A stretch of 34,327 nt of DNA from an uncultured Clostridia bacterium (GCA_944350225.1 CALVOH010000003.1:1-34327), one strand, 5' to 3'; counted from the first letter of the stretch, positions 18,722-28,163 are shown. The notes: a model not told the origin generated them from the letters alone. Made by a program: numbers and translations.

Positions 18722-18798
18722 GGCGGTATAGCTCAGCTGGCTAGAGCGTACGGTTCATACCCGTAAGGTCACTGGTTCAAGCCCAGTTACCGCTACCA
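18722..18798 (+). tRNA. tRNA-Met(CAT), elongator type
   Basis: 77-nt cloverleaf GGCGGTATAGCTCAGCTGGCTAGAGCG-TACGGTTCATACCCGTA...GTTCAAG...CCGCTACCA. Position 1 pairs with 72, there is no initiator triple G-C anticodon stem, and CCA is encoded. Confidence 0.95.
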
Positions 18799-18804
18799 AT
18801 AAAT

Positions 18805-18832
18805 ATTGCAATTTTTAAATTGCAATTTTTTT
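18805..18832. terminator. Terminator between tRNA-Met and the convergent CDS
   Basis: ATTGCAATTT/AAATTGCAAT inverted repeat followed by a T run. Confidence 0.6.
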
Positions 18833-18847
18833 TATTCTATCAAGACT

Positions 18848-19927
18848 TTAAACTTTAACAACTGAATATGACAAGTAAACATTCAAATTTGGATAGATTA
18901 TTGTTATTGTGGCATTTGTAAAATCTTCTAGCACTATCATTGTAAGCTCTTTGTATATCTTCCCTTCACTTGTAAATAATTTTGGTTCTTCATTTTTGAC
19001 ATTTGTTTCAAATATCAATAAGTCATCTTTAACATATATAGTTCCGTTTTTTAATTCTGCGTTTGAATTGAATATCAGTTTTATTTCTTGCTCATATTCA
19101 ATTTCCACTTCTATCTCTTTTATTAATTCATCGTTTAAATACACTAAAAGTCTGCTCGTTCCACTTTGCTTCCCTGTTATTGTTAGATTGTTGATTGACA
19201 GATTATTGCCTTCTTCTTTTAACTCTATCTCGGCTTGTCCTGTGTAATATACAGGGGTTATTGTTTTGTCTATTGTAAAAGATTGATTTTGAGATAAACA
19301 TATCTCGTTCGGCAATTCAATATTTGGCGAAACTGAGAGCACTTCAACTTCTACCGTTTGTTTTTGCGTTTGTAATGTAAAGGTTATTATAGTTGTTCCT
19401 ATCTTACTCGCAGTTATAATGTTTTTTGATACTTTAACTGAACTTCCTTCTAATGTTAAAGAATAATCCTTGTATGATTGAAAACTTTTTTGATTATCAA
19501 TCCCGTCTTCTCTTGCTTTGTCTATCTCTTTATCTAACAAATACAACGTTATCTTACTTGGAAGGTCTGTTATCGGCCCATCTGGGTTTTCTAAAACACT
19601 TATCTTTGTTGTTGTAATTGCCCTATCTTCTCCCCTCGTCGCCGTTGCTCGTAACGTAGCTGTTCCCACTTGTTTCGCGTATATGTAACCGTCTTGTAAG
19701 ATAGCTATGTCTTCATTTTCTATAACAAATGTTACTGTGGCTTCTTCGTCAGAGCATTTGTATGTAATAGGTTTTACTTCGTCAACTTGTATTGATATTT
19801 CATCAACTGCTATGCTTAAATCTGTCGCTTTCGGTTTTGTTACCATGACACAGATTATCGCTATCACGCAACACATTATAGCCATCACCGCAGATATGCT
19901 TATCACTACTTTCAACTTCTTCGTCAT
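18848..19927 (-). CDS. Membrane-anchored bacterial Ig-like (Big_2-type) domain protein, copy 1
   Basis: N-terminal TM segment and repeated motifs IYAKQVGTATL, ITASKIGTTII and ITGKQSGTSRL. Confidence 0.8.
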   Translation of the reverse strand: MTKKLKVVISISAVMAIMCCVIAIICVMVTKPKATDLSIAVDEISIQVDEVKPITYKCSDEEATVTFVIENEDIAILQDGYIYAKQVGTATLRATATRGEDRAITTTKISVLENPDGPITDLPSKITLYLLDKEIDKAREDGIDNQKSFQSYKDYSLTLEGSSVKVSKNIITASKIGTTIITFTLQTQKQTVEVEVLSVSPNIELPNEICLSQNQSFTIDKTITPVYYTGQAEIELKEEGNNLSINNLTITGKQSGTSRLLVYLNDELIKEIEVEIEYEQEIKLIFNSNAELKNGTIYVKDDLLIFETNVKNEEPKLFTSEGKIYKELTMIVLEDFTNATITIIYPNLNVYLSYSVVKV

Positions 19928-19977
19928 ATCTAAATCTTATACCTATCTTTGTCGAAATACAAATGTTTATATCGAAA
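18848..19977. repeat. 1130-bp direct repeat, copy 1
   Basis: Matches 22675-23804 at an offset of 3827. I saw 5 substitutions, all in the first ~75 nt of the CDS. Confidence 0.95.
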
Positions 19978-20054
19978 AAAAACTAAATTTTACTTTGCTA
20001 TCATTTAAAACATTTCACAATAGAAAAAATCGGCAAGACTAGATACGCCAATGA

Positions 20055-21359
20055 TTAAATTTTTAATATAATATTTTCAAGTTCATTAAGATATTCTTCT
20101 GCTTTCTTTTCGTCGGAATGCTCTATCATAATTCTAATTTTTGGCTCAGTTCCACTAGCTCGAACAAGCACTCTGCCTGCAGGGGCTATATTATTTGAAA
20201 TTTGAAGAATTTTTTGTGATAAAAACTCATTGTTCAAAACTTTTAATTTGTCTTCAACAATCACATTTTTGTTTTTTTGTGTTAAAAGTTTTGCATCAAA
20301 CAACTGCGACAAACTTTTATTTTTTTCTTTCATGATTGTAGCGACACACAATGCAGAGAGTATTCCATCTCCAGTATTTAAAAAATTTTTCATTATTATA
20401 TGCCCAGACTGCTCACCACCTAGCGACAAATTCATTTTATCCATAGCTTCTATCACATATTTATCCCCTACATCAGTTCTAATAAGATTTATTTTCTTTT
20501 TATTTAAAGCTAGCAAAAGTCCTGTGTTAGTATGACTTGTTCCAACTACGGTATTCCCGTTCAAAAGACCTTTTTCATGCATGCTAACGGCCAAGATATA
20601 TACCAACATATCCCCGTCAAATACGCGTCCATTTTCATCTACTGCTATCACTCTGTCCGAATCGCCATCAAAAGCAAAACCGACGTCTGCTTTTTCATTT
20701 AACATTTTTTTTCTTAAATTCTCTATATGTGTAGAACCACACTTCTCGTTTATTTTCATTCCATTGTTTGCACATGCAGTTTTTAAGACTTGCGCGCCCA
20801 TTTTGTTAAAAACTCTTGGTGCTATTTTATAAGCAGCACCGTTAGAACAATCGAGAATGATTTTGAGTCCTTCCAAATTTCCCGAACAAGAGCATAAATA
20901 ATTTGAATATAATCGTTGCAAGGAGCTTTTCTTTTTATATTTCCCAACACGCAGTGACGACAAAATTTGAGGGCACCCAAAATATCTCTCCAAATCGGCC
21001 TCTTCCTTTTCGCTTAGTTTTTTGCCGTAGGAACCAAAGATTTTTATCCCATTATATTCACGAGGGTTGTGAGATGCAGAAATCATAACTCCGTAGTCAA
21101 AACCTTTTAGCTTTGTAATGTAAGAGACGCCGGCAGTAGGTAGCACACCTGCATCAAAAACATTTGCCCCACCTTTTAACGCGCCTGTTGCTAATGCACA
21201 AATTAAATAACTTCCGCTCTGACGCGTATCAGTCGCAATTAAAATTTTTGCATTATTTTTTTTACGGGCAAGTGCATTGCCTACCATTTGTGCTATCTGC
21301 TCAGTAAGGTCATTGTTTACAATTCCACGTATCCCATCTGTTCCAAAGTATATCCCCAA
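20055..21359 (-). CDS. glmM: Phosphoglucosamine mutase
   Basis: FGTDGIRG, ISASHNP, DGDSDR, GGEQSGH and RASGTEP. Confidence 0.95.
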   Translation of the reverse strand: MGIYFGTDGIRGIVNNDLTEQIAQMVGNALARKKNNAKILIATDTRQSGSYLICALATGALKGGANVFDAGVLPTAGVSYITKLKGFDYGVMISASHNPREYNGIKIFGSYGKKLSEKEEADLERYFGCPQILSSLRVGKYKKKSSLQRLYSNYLCSCSGNLEGLKIILDCSNGAAYKIAPRVFNKMGAQVLKTACANNGMKINEKCGSTHIENLRKKMLNEKADVGFAFDGDSDRVIAVDENGRVFDGDMLVYILAVSMHEKGLLNGNTVVGTSHTNTGLLLALNKKKINLIRTDVGDKYVIEAMDKMNLSLGGEQSGHIIMKNFLNTGDGILSALCVATIMKEKNKSLSQLFDAKLLTQKNKNVIVEDKLKVLNNEFLSQKILQISNNIAPAGRVLVRASGTEPKIRIMIEHSDEKKAEEYLNELENIILKI

Positions 21360-21361
21360 TT

Positions 21362-21988
21362 TTATTTACCTCTCTTTAAATATCTTTCTGCCTTTTTAGG
21401 TTTTACTTCTTGCCTAACTCTTCCAATAACAAAATCACTTTCTTCCGTGGAATTTGTTACTGTCGTTCCAGCGCATATATATGATCTTTTAGCAATATTC
21501 ACCGGCGCTATAATGTTGCAGTTACTACCAATAAAGGCTTCATCACCTACTTTGCTTCGATTTTTTTCCTTACCGTTGTAATTTGCAAAAATAACTCCAC
21601 AACCTATATTGACCTTTTCTCCTATATCGACATCACCAATGTATGCAAGATGACTTGCTTTACTACCAAATCCAATACTAGAATTTTTAACTTCAACAAA
21701 ATTTCCTATTTTTACGTTGCTTGCGAGAAAACTGTTTGGCCTTAAATGTGCAAATGGACCAATTTTACATTTTGCACCCACCATGCTTTCTTCAATAACA
21801 CTACATTCAATTTCACAGTCATCGCCAATCGTACTTTCAAAAATTATTGAATTTGAGCCGATGTTTACATTATTTCCTATTTTGCAGTGCCCTTTTATAA
21901 CTACATTCAACCCAATATTTACATTTTCTCCAAATTCAGCTTCCTTAGAAATTGATACTTGCTTAACATTTAATATTTTTGGCTTCAT
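21362..21988 (-). CDS. glmU: GlmU acetyltransferase (left-handed beta-helix) domain only
   Basis: IGPFAHLRP, IGNFVEVK, KASHLAYIGD, NIGCG...NYNG and FIGSN..IAPV. It is 208 aa with its own GAGGG RBS and has no N-terminal uridyltransferase domain. Confidence 0.88.
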   Translation of the reverse strand: MKPKILNVKQVSISKEAEFGENVNIGLNVVIKGHCKIGNNVNIGSNSIIFESTIGDDCEIECSVIEESMVGAKCKIGPFAHLRPNSFLASNVKIGNFVEVKNSSIGFGSKASHLAYIGDVDIGEKVNIGCGVIFANYNGKEKNRSKVGDEAFIGSNCNIIAPVNIAKRSYICAGTTVTNSTEESDFVIGRVRQEVKPKKAERYLKRGK

Positions 21989-22103
21989 AACCCCTCAAAA
22001 AAAAGTGTCATCGTTTTTTAATATGCTTTTTTTACGACTTTTGTGATTTTCTTTGACTTTTTTAGAAAAAGAAAGTATAATTTGCCTAATTTGGAGGAAT
22101 AAA

Positions 22104-22604
22104 ATGCTGATAGCATCAAACGAAACAACTTTGACAAAAAAAGAGATATTGCGCATGCAAAACATATCTATATTAAGAAGCTGTTGGATGGTGGCAATTT
22201 TTGCAGTTGTTTTTGTTTTGCTGGCTTTTAGAATAGAAAATGGACAATTCGTTTTTGAAAGTGTGTTTTTTGCTGTGTTGGGCGCTGTTACTTTGCCATT
22301 GTATTTCGTTGTTGTAAAATTGTTAATGTCAAAACAAAACAAACGTATTCCAGCTTTAACAAAATACAAATATAATTTTTATAATGATAGAGTTGATGTA
22401 GAAGCGTCAAACGGTAAAATGTCAGAAAAACTTTCAGTCAAATTAAGTGATGTAAAAGATTACAAATCAACAAAAAACAAATTTTTACTTATAGTAGACA
22501 AAAACATAACACTTTTTATTAACAAATCTGGGTTTGCTAGTTTAGAAGAACAAACTAAACTTGAAAAATTATTCGCTTTAAAAATTACAAAAAAGAAGAT
22601 TTAA
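22104..22604 (+). CDS. YcxB-like membrane protein
   Basis: Two TM segments followed by a YcxB-like beta domain (YNFYNDRV...FINKSGF). The GGAGG RBS favours ATG 22104. Confidence 0.7.
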   Translation: MLIASNETTLTKKEILRMQNISILRSCWMVAIFAVVFVLLAFRIENGQFVFESVFFAVLGAVTLPLYFVVVKLLMSKQNKRIPALTKYKYNFYNDRVDVEASNGKMSEKLSVKLSDVKDYKSTKNKFLLIVDKNITLFINKSGFASLEEQTKLEKLFALKITKKKI

Positions 22605-22619
22605 TTTTTTTAAATAAAC

Positions 22620-22648
22620 AAAAGACAGCAAATTCTGCTGTCTTTTTT
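22620..22648. terminator. Bidirectional terminator
   Basis: AAAAGACAGCA-aattc-TGCTGTCTTTT between convergent genes. Confidence 0.85.
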
Positions 22649-22674
22649 CGTAGTTTTTTAATCTCATAAAAGTC

Positions 22675-23754
22675 TTAAACTTTAACAACTGAATATGACA
22701 AGTAAACATTCAAATTTGGATAGATTATTGTTATTGTGGCATTTGTAAAATCTTCTAGCACTATCATTGTAAGCTCTTTGTATATCTTCCCTTCACTTGT
22801 AAATAATTTTGGTTCTTCATTTTTGACATTTGTTTCAAATATCAATAAGTCATCTTTAACATATATAGTTCCGTTTTTTAATTCTGCGTTTGAATTGAAT
22901 ATCAGTTTTATTTCTTGCTCATATTCAATTTCCACTTCTATCTCTTTTATTAATTCATCGTTTAAATACACTAAAAGTCTGCTCGTTCCACTTTGCTTCC
23001 CTGTTATTGTTAGATTGTTGATTGACAGATTATTGCCTTCTTCTTTTAACTCTATCTCGGCTTGTCCTGTGTAATATACAGGGGTTATTGTTTTGTCTAT
23101 TGTAAAAGATTGATTTTGAGATAAACATATCTCGTTCGGCAATTCAATATTTGGCGAAACTGAGAGCACTTCAACTTCTACCGTTTGTTTTTGCGTTTGT
23201 AATGTAAAGGTTATTATAGTTGTTCCTATCTTACTCGCAGTTATAATGTTTTTTGATACTTTAACTGAACTTCCTTCTAATGTTAAAGAATAATCCTTGT
23301 ATGATTGAAAACTTTTTTGATTATCAATCCCGTCTTCTCTTGCTTTGTCTATCTCTTTATCTAACAAATACAACGTTATCTTACTTGGAAGGTCTGTTAT
23401 CGGCCCATCTGGGTTTTCTAAAACACTTATCTTTGTTGTTGTAATTGCCCTATCTTCTCCCCTCGTCGCCGTTGCTCGTAACGTAGCTGTTCCCACTTGT
23501 TTCGCGTATATGTAACCGTCTTGTAAGATAGCTATGTCTTCATTTTCTATAACAAATGTTACTGTGGCTTCTTCGTCAGAGCATTTGTATGTAATAGGTT
23601 TTACTTCGTCAACTTGTATTGATATTTCATCAACTGCTATGCTTAAATCTGTCGCTTTCGGTTTTGTTACCATGACACATATTATCGCTATCACGCAACA
23701 CATTATAGCCATTACCGCAGATATGCTTATCACTACTTTCAATTTTCTCGTCAT
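22675..23754 (-). CDS. Ig-like domain protein, copy 2
   Basis: The translation is identical to copy 1 except K3R. Confidence 0.8.
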   Translation of the reverse strand: MTRKLKVVISISAVMAIMCCVIAIICVMVTKPKATDLSIAVDEISIQVDEVKPITYKCSDEEATVTFVIENEDIAILQDGYIYAKQVGTATLRATATRGEDRAITTTKISVLENPDGPITDLPSKITLYLLDKEIDKAREDGIDNQKSFQSYKDYSLTLEGSSVKVSKNIITASKIGTTIITFTLQTQKQTVEVEVLSVSPNIELPNEICLSQNQSFTIDKTITPVYYTGQAEIELKEEGNNLSINNLTITGKQSGTSRLLVYLNDELIKEIEVEIEYEQEIKLIFNSNAELKNGTIYVKDDLLIFETNVKNEEPKLFTSEGKIYKELTMIVLEDFTNATITIIYPNLNVYLSYSVVKV

Positions 23755-23804
23755 ATCTAAATCTTATACCTATCTTTGTCGAAATACAAATGTTTATATC
23801 GAAA
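22675..23804. repeat. 1130-bp direct repeat, copy 2
   Basis: Matches 18848-19977. Confidence 0.95.
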
Positions 23805-23816
23805 CAGGGTCTATCT

Positions 23817-24671
23817 TTACCCCAATGAGATGGTTAGTGAACACTCTTTGTAGGTCGCATTATTAATAAGAGAAAGAGTCACATCGCTATTACCCATTTT
23901 TAAAATAACCAACAATAAATTATCATTTGTGAAAACATATGAAATTTGATTAAAATATTTTTCATTTAAATCGTTCAAAATATTATTTGAAAATTCAACA
24001 TAATCATTGGCAGTATTTAGAATTGCACAACAACTTTGCGAACCAACTTTTTCTTCTTCTATTTTCACAACATCAACAAAGTTTAGGTCTATATCAAAGC
24101 GAGAATAAATTTCTTTTTTAAACTCTTCTATCTCTGCACTATCTTGCTCAATATCAATATCGTTGGTTATGTCATCCTGAAAAAGATTGTCATTTTCTTG
24201 ATTTTCCTTTTCTTCATCTACAATACTCTGGTCTTTGTCCACCTCGACATCAGTCTCCTCACTGCTGTCGACCGATTCCTTGCCTTCATCTTCGCCAACA
24301 ATCTCTCCACTGTCATCTTCTAGCCCTGTGTTATCTTCTCCAACATCAGCACTCGTATTATCTTGGTTTTCGTCACCGTTGTTATTTACCTCGCCATTAT
24401 CGACGTTTTCATCCTTATTGAATTCACTATTTTCTTCGTTTTTAACTTCATCACCATTTGTTAAGCCCTGCCCATCATCAGTTTCTATTTCATTGTTTCC
24501 TTCGTTAGAAGAATTTTGATTGTCTTTATCCAAAAAAGTTCCGTCTTGATCTGAAAAAATTTGATCTTGAATTTGTTCTTCATTAACATTCACATTGTTG
24601 CTTGTCTTTCCACACCCAGAAAAACTAAAAGCGAAAACAAAACACAGCAAAAATAAAAATAGCTTTTTCAT
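23817..24671 (-). CDS. Lipoprotein with a long acidic low-complexity region
   Basis: Lipobox FSGC, a D/E/N-rich stretch of ~160 aa, a small C-terminal domain and a GGAGGAGG RBS. Confidence 0.8.
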   Translation of the reverse strand: MKKLFLFLLCFVFAFSFSGCGKTSNNVNVNEEQIQDQIFSDQDGTFLDKDNQNSSNEGNNEIETDDGQGLTNGDEVKNEENSEFNKDENVDNGEVNNNGDENQDNTSADVGEDNTGLEDDSGEIVGEDEGKESVDSSEETDVEVDKDQSIVDEEKENQENDNLFQDDITNDIDIEQDSAEIEEFKKEIYSRFDIDLNFVDVVKIEEEKVGSQSCCAILNTANDYVEFSNNILNDLNEKYFNQISYVFTNDNLLLVILKMGNSDVTLSLINNATYKECSLTISLG

Positions 24672-24912
24672 GCCTCCTCCACGACGTTATATTTTAGCAC
24701 AAAAAGAAAAAATGAAAAAACATTTTGTCGAAATTTGCTACTCTTTTTAGAAAAATGATGTTATTCTTTTAAAATTTTACATTTTTAAAAAAACAATCTT
24801 CGGCAAAAAACATTTGTTGCAGAAAAACAAAATTTTACAAAATGCATGTTGACTTAACAATTAGGATTGAGGTATAAAAATTAAATAGTTTTAAAAAGGT
24901 TTTTTAAAATAA

Positions 24913-24941
24913 TTGACAGTTTTTATTTTGTATGTTAAAAT
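24913..24941 (+). promoter_or_regulatory. SigA promoter of tRNA-Ser
   Basis: TTGACA-17 bp-TAAAAT with an extended TG. Confidence 0.75.
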
Positions 24942-25032
24942 AATTGACGTGACAAAAAAGTCACCTGTTGTGGCTAAACCCCACAAATTTTTAAACGATA
25001 GTGAAGAAATTGAAATTTCAACTGATTTTTTT

Positions 25033-25123
25033 GGGGAGATACTCAAGTGGTTGAAGAGGCGGCCCTGCTAAGGCTGTAGGTCGGGCAACCGGCGCGAGGG
25101 TTCAAATCCCTCTCTTCCCGCCA
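25033..25123 (+). tRNA. tRNA-Ser(GCT)
   Basis: 91 nt, with acceptor stem GGGGAGA/TCTTCCC, anticodon loop CT-GCT-AA, a long variable arm, G73 and CCA. Confidence 0.96.
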
Positions 25124-25793
25124 ATTGCGAGCAATCCGAACCCTTTGGGTTTGATTGCTCCTTTTTATTTTCTATATATTCAATTTCTTGTGATATATCT
25201 GGCTTTTCATTTAACTTTAATTGCTTACTTTTATCACTTGTTATATTAAAGTAAATTTCGCAATGTTCATCATATAAAACAACTCTATTTACAAACATAT
25301 CAATCAGTCTTTGTTTTGCATTTTCAAGAGAATAATCTAAATCTTTAAAAGACTTCAAATATTCATATATAAGTTCTTCACTTAATGGTTTAATTGTTAG
25401 CATTTGTCTGCTAGCAATTTTTTCTTTTATTTCTCGTATTCTAACTTCAAGTTCTTTCATTCTATCATTTGTTGTGTCATTAAATATTCCATTCTCAAGA
25501 GCAATTAATATGTTCTTCAATTTTTTGTTATTGTCTTGAAGTTCTTTATTTAGACTTTCTAAAATTGTGTCTTTTTCAATGCTTTTATTGTATGTATCAG
25601 CCAATACTTTACTTATACTTTTTAAGTTTGTATGTTGCATAAATTCTTGTGTTGCAATTAAAACTTTTTCTTCTATGTAATTTTTAGAAACGGATTTTTT
25701 ATCACATTTAGATTTATTTTTCTTTTTTGTAAAGCATTTATAATAATTGTAAATTGTGCCAAGATTTTTTCCATTATCTTCGCCGATATAGCA
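25068..25793 (-). pseudogene. C-terminal remnant of a large serine recombinase (integrase)
   Basis: The frame extends upstream of M25640 as GKNLGTIYNYYKC...KCDKKSVSKNYIEEKV (zinc ribbon), followed by the coiled coil (NILIALENGI) and RLIDMFVNRVVLY. An in-frame TAG lies upstream and there is no catalytic domain. The 3' end runs antisense into the tRNA. Confidence 0.85.
25129..25166 (+). terminator. tRNA-Ser terminator
   Basis: GAGCAATC...AACCC-ttt-GGGTT...GATTGCTC followed by a T run. Confidence 0.75.
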
Positions 25794-25953
25794 CTACTTA
25801 ATTTACAAACGACTTTGCGTTTTAATCTCAAAAAATTTAATTTAACAATTTGCAAACGTATTTATATCTCGCCAAAACCATCTATTAAACTATCTTCAAT
25901 GTGTTGCCAGATCATCAAATATATGTTATAATTTATCAAAAATTGAGGTTTTT

Positions 25954-27291
25954 ATGAACGGTTTTTTGATTGCACAAATAATTAGTATTTTAACGATAGT
26001 TTTAACTATAATCGGCTTAACAAAAAAAGAAAAATACAAGACTTTAATTTATTTCACTCTTTGCAATTTTACGATGATGGCTACATATTTTTTTCTAAAC
26101 CGATACCTTTCAATAATTCTTTTAGGACTAGCTACCATTAGAACAATAGTTTATTTTATCCTTACAATAAAAAATATTAAACCAAATGTTTTTGTTTTTG
26201 TGTTTTTTGAAATTACAATAGTTATTATAACTATAATTTTATGGACTGATTATATCGATCTCCTTATGCTCATAAACTTGTGTTTAGTAACTTACACGAC
26301 TTGGCAAGATGACATGAAAATTTTAAGGTTGGGTTACATCATTTCTGCAATACTTTTGCTATCTTACGACATTATCGTTGGTGCTTATATTGGTGCAATA
26401 AGTGAACTTGTGTTGCTTGTTTCATCTATTACAACATTTATTCATTATAATGTAAAAAACAGAATAGACAATATTGTTTTGTCATTTTACATGGCATTGT
26501 CAAAAATGTATGATATAAAAATAGAAAAAAAGAAAAATTATTACAACATCTTTTCTGACAGCATTTCCGATTCTTATAATAACTTTGTATTGTTAGAAAA
26601 TCCTTTGGATTTAAAAAAATTGAAAAATAAAATATACAAAAGTTTTCAAAAAAGAAATTTACAACCCGCAACCTACTTGTTAACAAAAGACAATGAAAAT
26701 ATTAATTACATTGTAGACAATGTAAATAAAAATAAATTATTGTTTCATGACGTCTGGATGAAATTGCGCTCAGGATATAATCCAAATAGCAAAAAGTGCC
26801 TTTTGGGTAATCTTGAATTCAAACGATGCGACCACACAAACAAAGATGAAATCATTAAAGTTTTTGATAAAGGCTTTGTCCACCAAATTGGAACAGGTAT
26901 TTATAAATATTCGCAATCTTATATAAATGTGTACGAAAAAAAGATAAACGATGTTTATATCAATTCCAAAGAATTAACACCATATATGGCTTATTACAAT
27001 AAAAAACCTATTTGCCTGGTGATGGCATATAAAAATGGCTCAAATGTGTTTTTATGCCAAATTACAACGCTATATAAATATAGAAAAAAAGGAGTCGCTT
27101 CAGCATTAATAAAATTTGTAATATCATCCGAAAGAAAACTGGGATCAGAGGAATTTTATTTAGTTACTGAAAAATATACTTGGCTGGAAGCATTCTACAT
27201 GAAAAATGATTTTCAGCCTATTGCGGAAGGATTTTGTATTGAGTTAGAAAAGTCAAAAAAATCAAGTGGTCTTAAAAAGACTAACACATAA
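25954..27291 (+). CDS. YgjV-like membrane domain fused to a C-terminal GNAT acetyltransferase
   Basis: About 165 aa multi-TM region (YDIIVGAYIGAISE) and GNAT motifs TTLYKYRKKGVASALI and FYMKNDF. GAGG RBS. Confidence 0.75.
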   Translation: MNGFLIAQIISILTIVLTIIGLTKKEKYKTLIYFTLCNFTMMATYFFLNRYLSIILLGLATIRTIVYFILTIKNIKPNVFVFVFFEITIVIITIILWTDYIDLLMLINLCLVTYTTWQDDMKILRLGYIISAILLLSYDIIVGAYIGAISELVLLVSSITTFIHYNVKNRIDNIVLSFYMALSKMYDIKIEKKKNYYNIFSDSISDSYNNFVLLENPLDLKKLKNKIYKSFQKRNLQPATYLLTKDNENINYIVDNVNKNKLLFHDVWMKLRSGYNPNSKKCLLGNLEFKRCDHTNKDEIIKVFDKGFVHQIGTGIYKYSQSYINVYEKKINDVYINSKELTPYMAYYNKKPICLVMAYKNGSNVFLCQITTLYKYRKKGVASALIKFVISSERKLGSEEFYLVTEKYTWLEAFYMKNDFQPIAEGFCIELEKSKKSSGLKKTNT

Positions 27292-27348
27292 ATGTTGATA
27301 TTAGCAAAAGTTAAAATTTTTAAAGGAGATTTTTAAGGGAGAATTATT

Positions 27349-27981
27349 ATGAAAAAACTTGATGAAAAATATTTTGTCAAAAACGACAAAAATATAACTA
27401 AAATAGATGATTTGTTAGAAAATGATGAAAAAATACTTTGGAGAGGCAAACCAAAAAAGTCGGCGTTTGTAGTTTCAAAGATTTTACAATTATTACCATT
27501 TGCTCTTATCTGGATCGCGTTTGATTCCACATTTATTGCTGTGCTTATAACTCAAAATATTTTTTCTCAAATGCCATGGTATGCTGTTGTCTTTATTGCT
27601 TTTTTCTTTTTAATACATTTAATCCCCGTTTGGATATGGATTTCCAACATAATAACTGCAAATATTCAACATAAGAACATTGAATATTGCTTCACTCAAA
27701 AAAGAATAATAATCAAAACAGGAATTTTTATAGACATCAAAAATGTTTACTATTCAGAGATCAATGCAGTAAATGTAAAAGTGGGATTTGTGGATAAAAT
27801 AACAAGAGTTGGAGACATCTATATCACATCTAATAACGGTGCTCACATTTTACTCGATTTAGAAGATCCGTACTTTGTCGCAAACGAACTTCAAAAAATA
27901 GTACATGATATCAAAAATATAAATTTTACAAATAACTTAAAAGAAGTTAAAAAGAACAATAAAAAAACTTTATCAAATTGA
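27349..27981 (+). CDS. Membrane protein with a bacterial PH domain
   Basis: EKILWRGKP, two TM segments, then YCFTQKRIIIKTGIF...VGDI. Confidence 0.8.
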   Translation: MKKLDEKYFVKNDKNITKIDDLLENDEKILWRGKPKKSAFVVSKILQLLPFALIWIAFDSTFIAVLITQNIFSQMPWYAVVFIAFFFLIHLIPVWIWISNIITANIQHKNIEYCFTQKRIIIKTGIFIDIKNVYYSEINAVNVKVGFVDKITRVGDIYITSNNGAHILLDLEDPYFVANELQKIVHDIKNINFTNNLKEVKKNNKKTLSN

Positions 27982-27993
27982 TAAAGTTTTTTT
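27961..27993. terminator. Bidirectional terminator, copy A
   Basis: AAAAAAACTTTATCA-aat-TGATAAAGTTTTTTT, one mismatch from 29461-29493. Confidence 0.85.
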
Positions 27994-28047
27994 GAGCAGA
28001 AAGTTTAAAAAATAATTTTTCGCGAATTTTAAGATGATAAAGTCTTT

Positions 28048-28163
28048 TTATCTTTCAAGTTCGTAATGACTTCCAGAGTGTTGTGTAGCTGGAAATCTTT
28101 GACCTTTTTCAAGGTGTGTTGTTCCGCCACATCTTCCCTGCTCATTATAGCATGATAACGCCT
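28048..28163 (-). pseudogene. Truncated, frameshifted yjzC copy
   Basis: Near-identical to 29497-29614 (EQGRCGGTTHLEKGQRFPATQHSGSHYELER*). Small deletions occur near 28153-28158 and the 5' end is missing. Confidence 0.88.

Noticed and set aside
18722-18798. tRNA-Ile2(CAT), the TilS substrate, or initiator tRNA
   Set aside because: The sequence matches the firmicute elongator tRNA-Met pattern. It lacks the C1:A72 mismatch and the three G-C anticodon-stem pairs of initiators.
18848-23804. Composite transposon
   Set aside because: The repeats encode an Ig-domain protein rather than a transposase, and I saw no terminal inverted repeats or target-site duplication.
24949-25032. Small hairpins in the tRNA-Ser leader as a possible ncRNA
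   Set aside because: The stems are short and match no family I recognise. They are compatible with an ordinary pre-tRNA leader.
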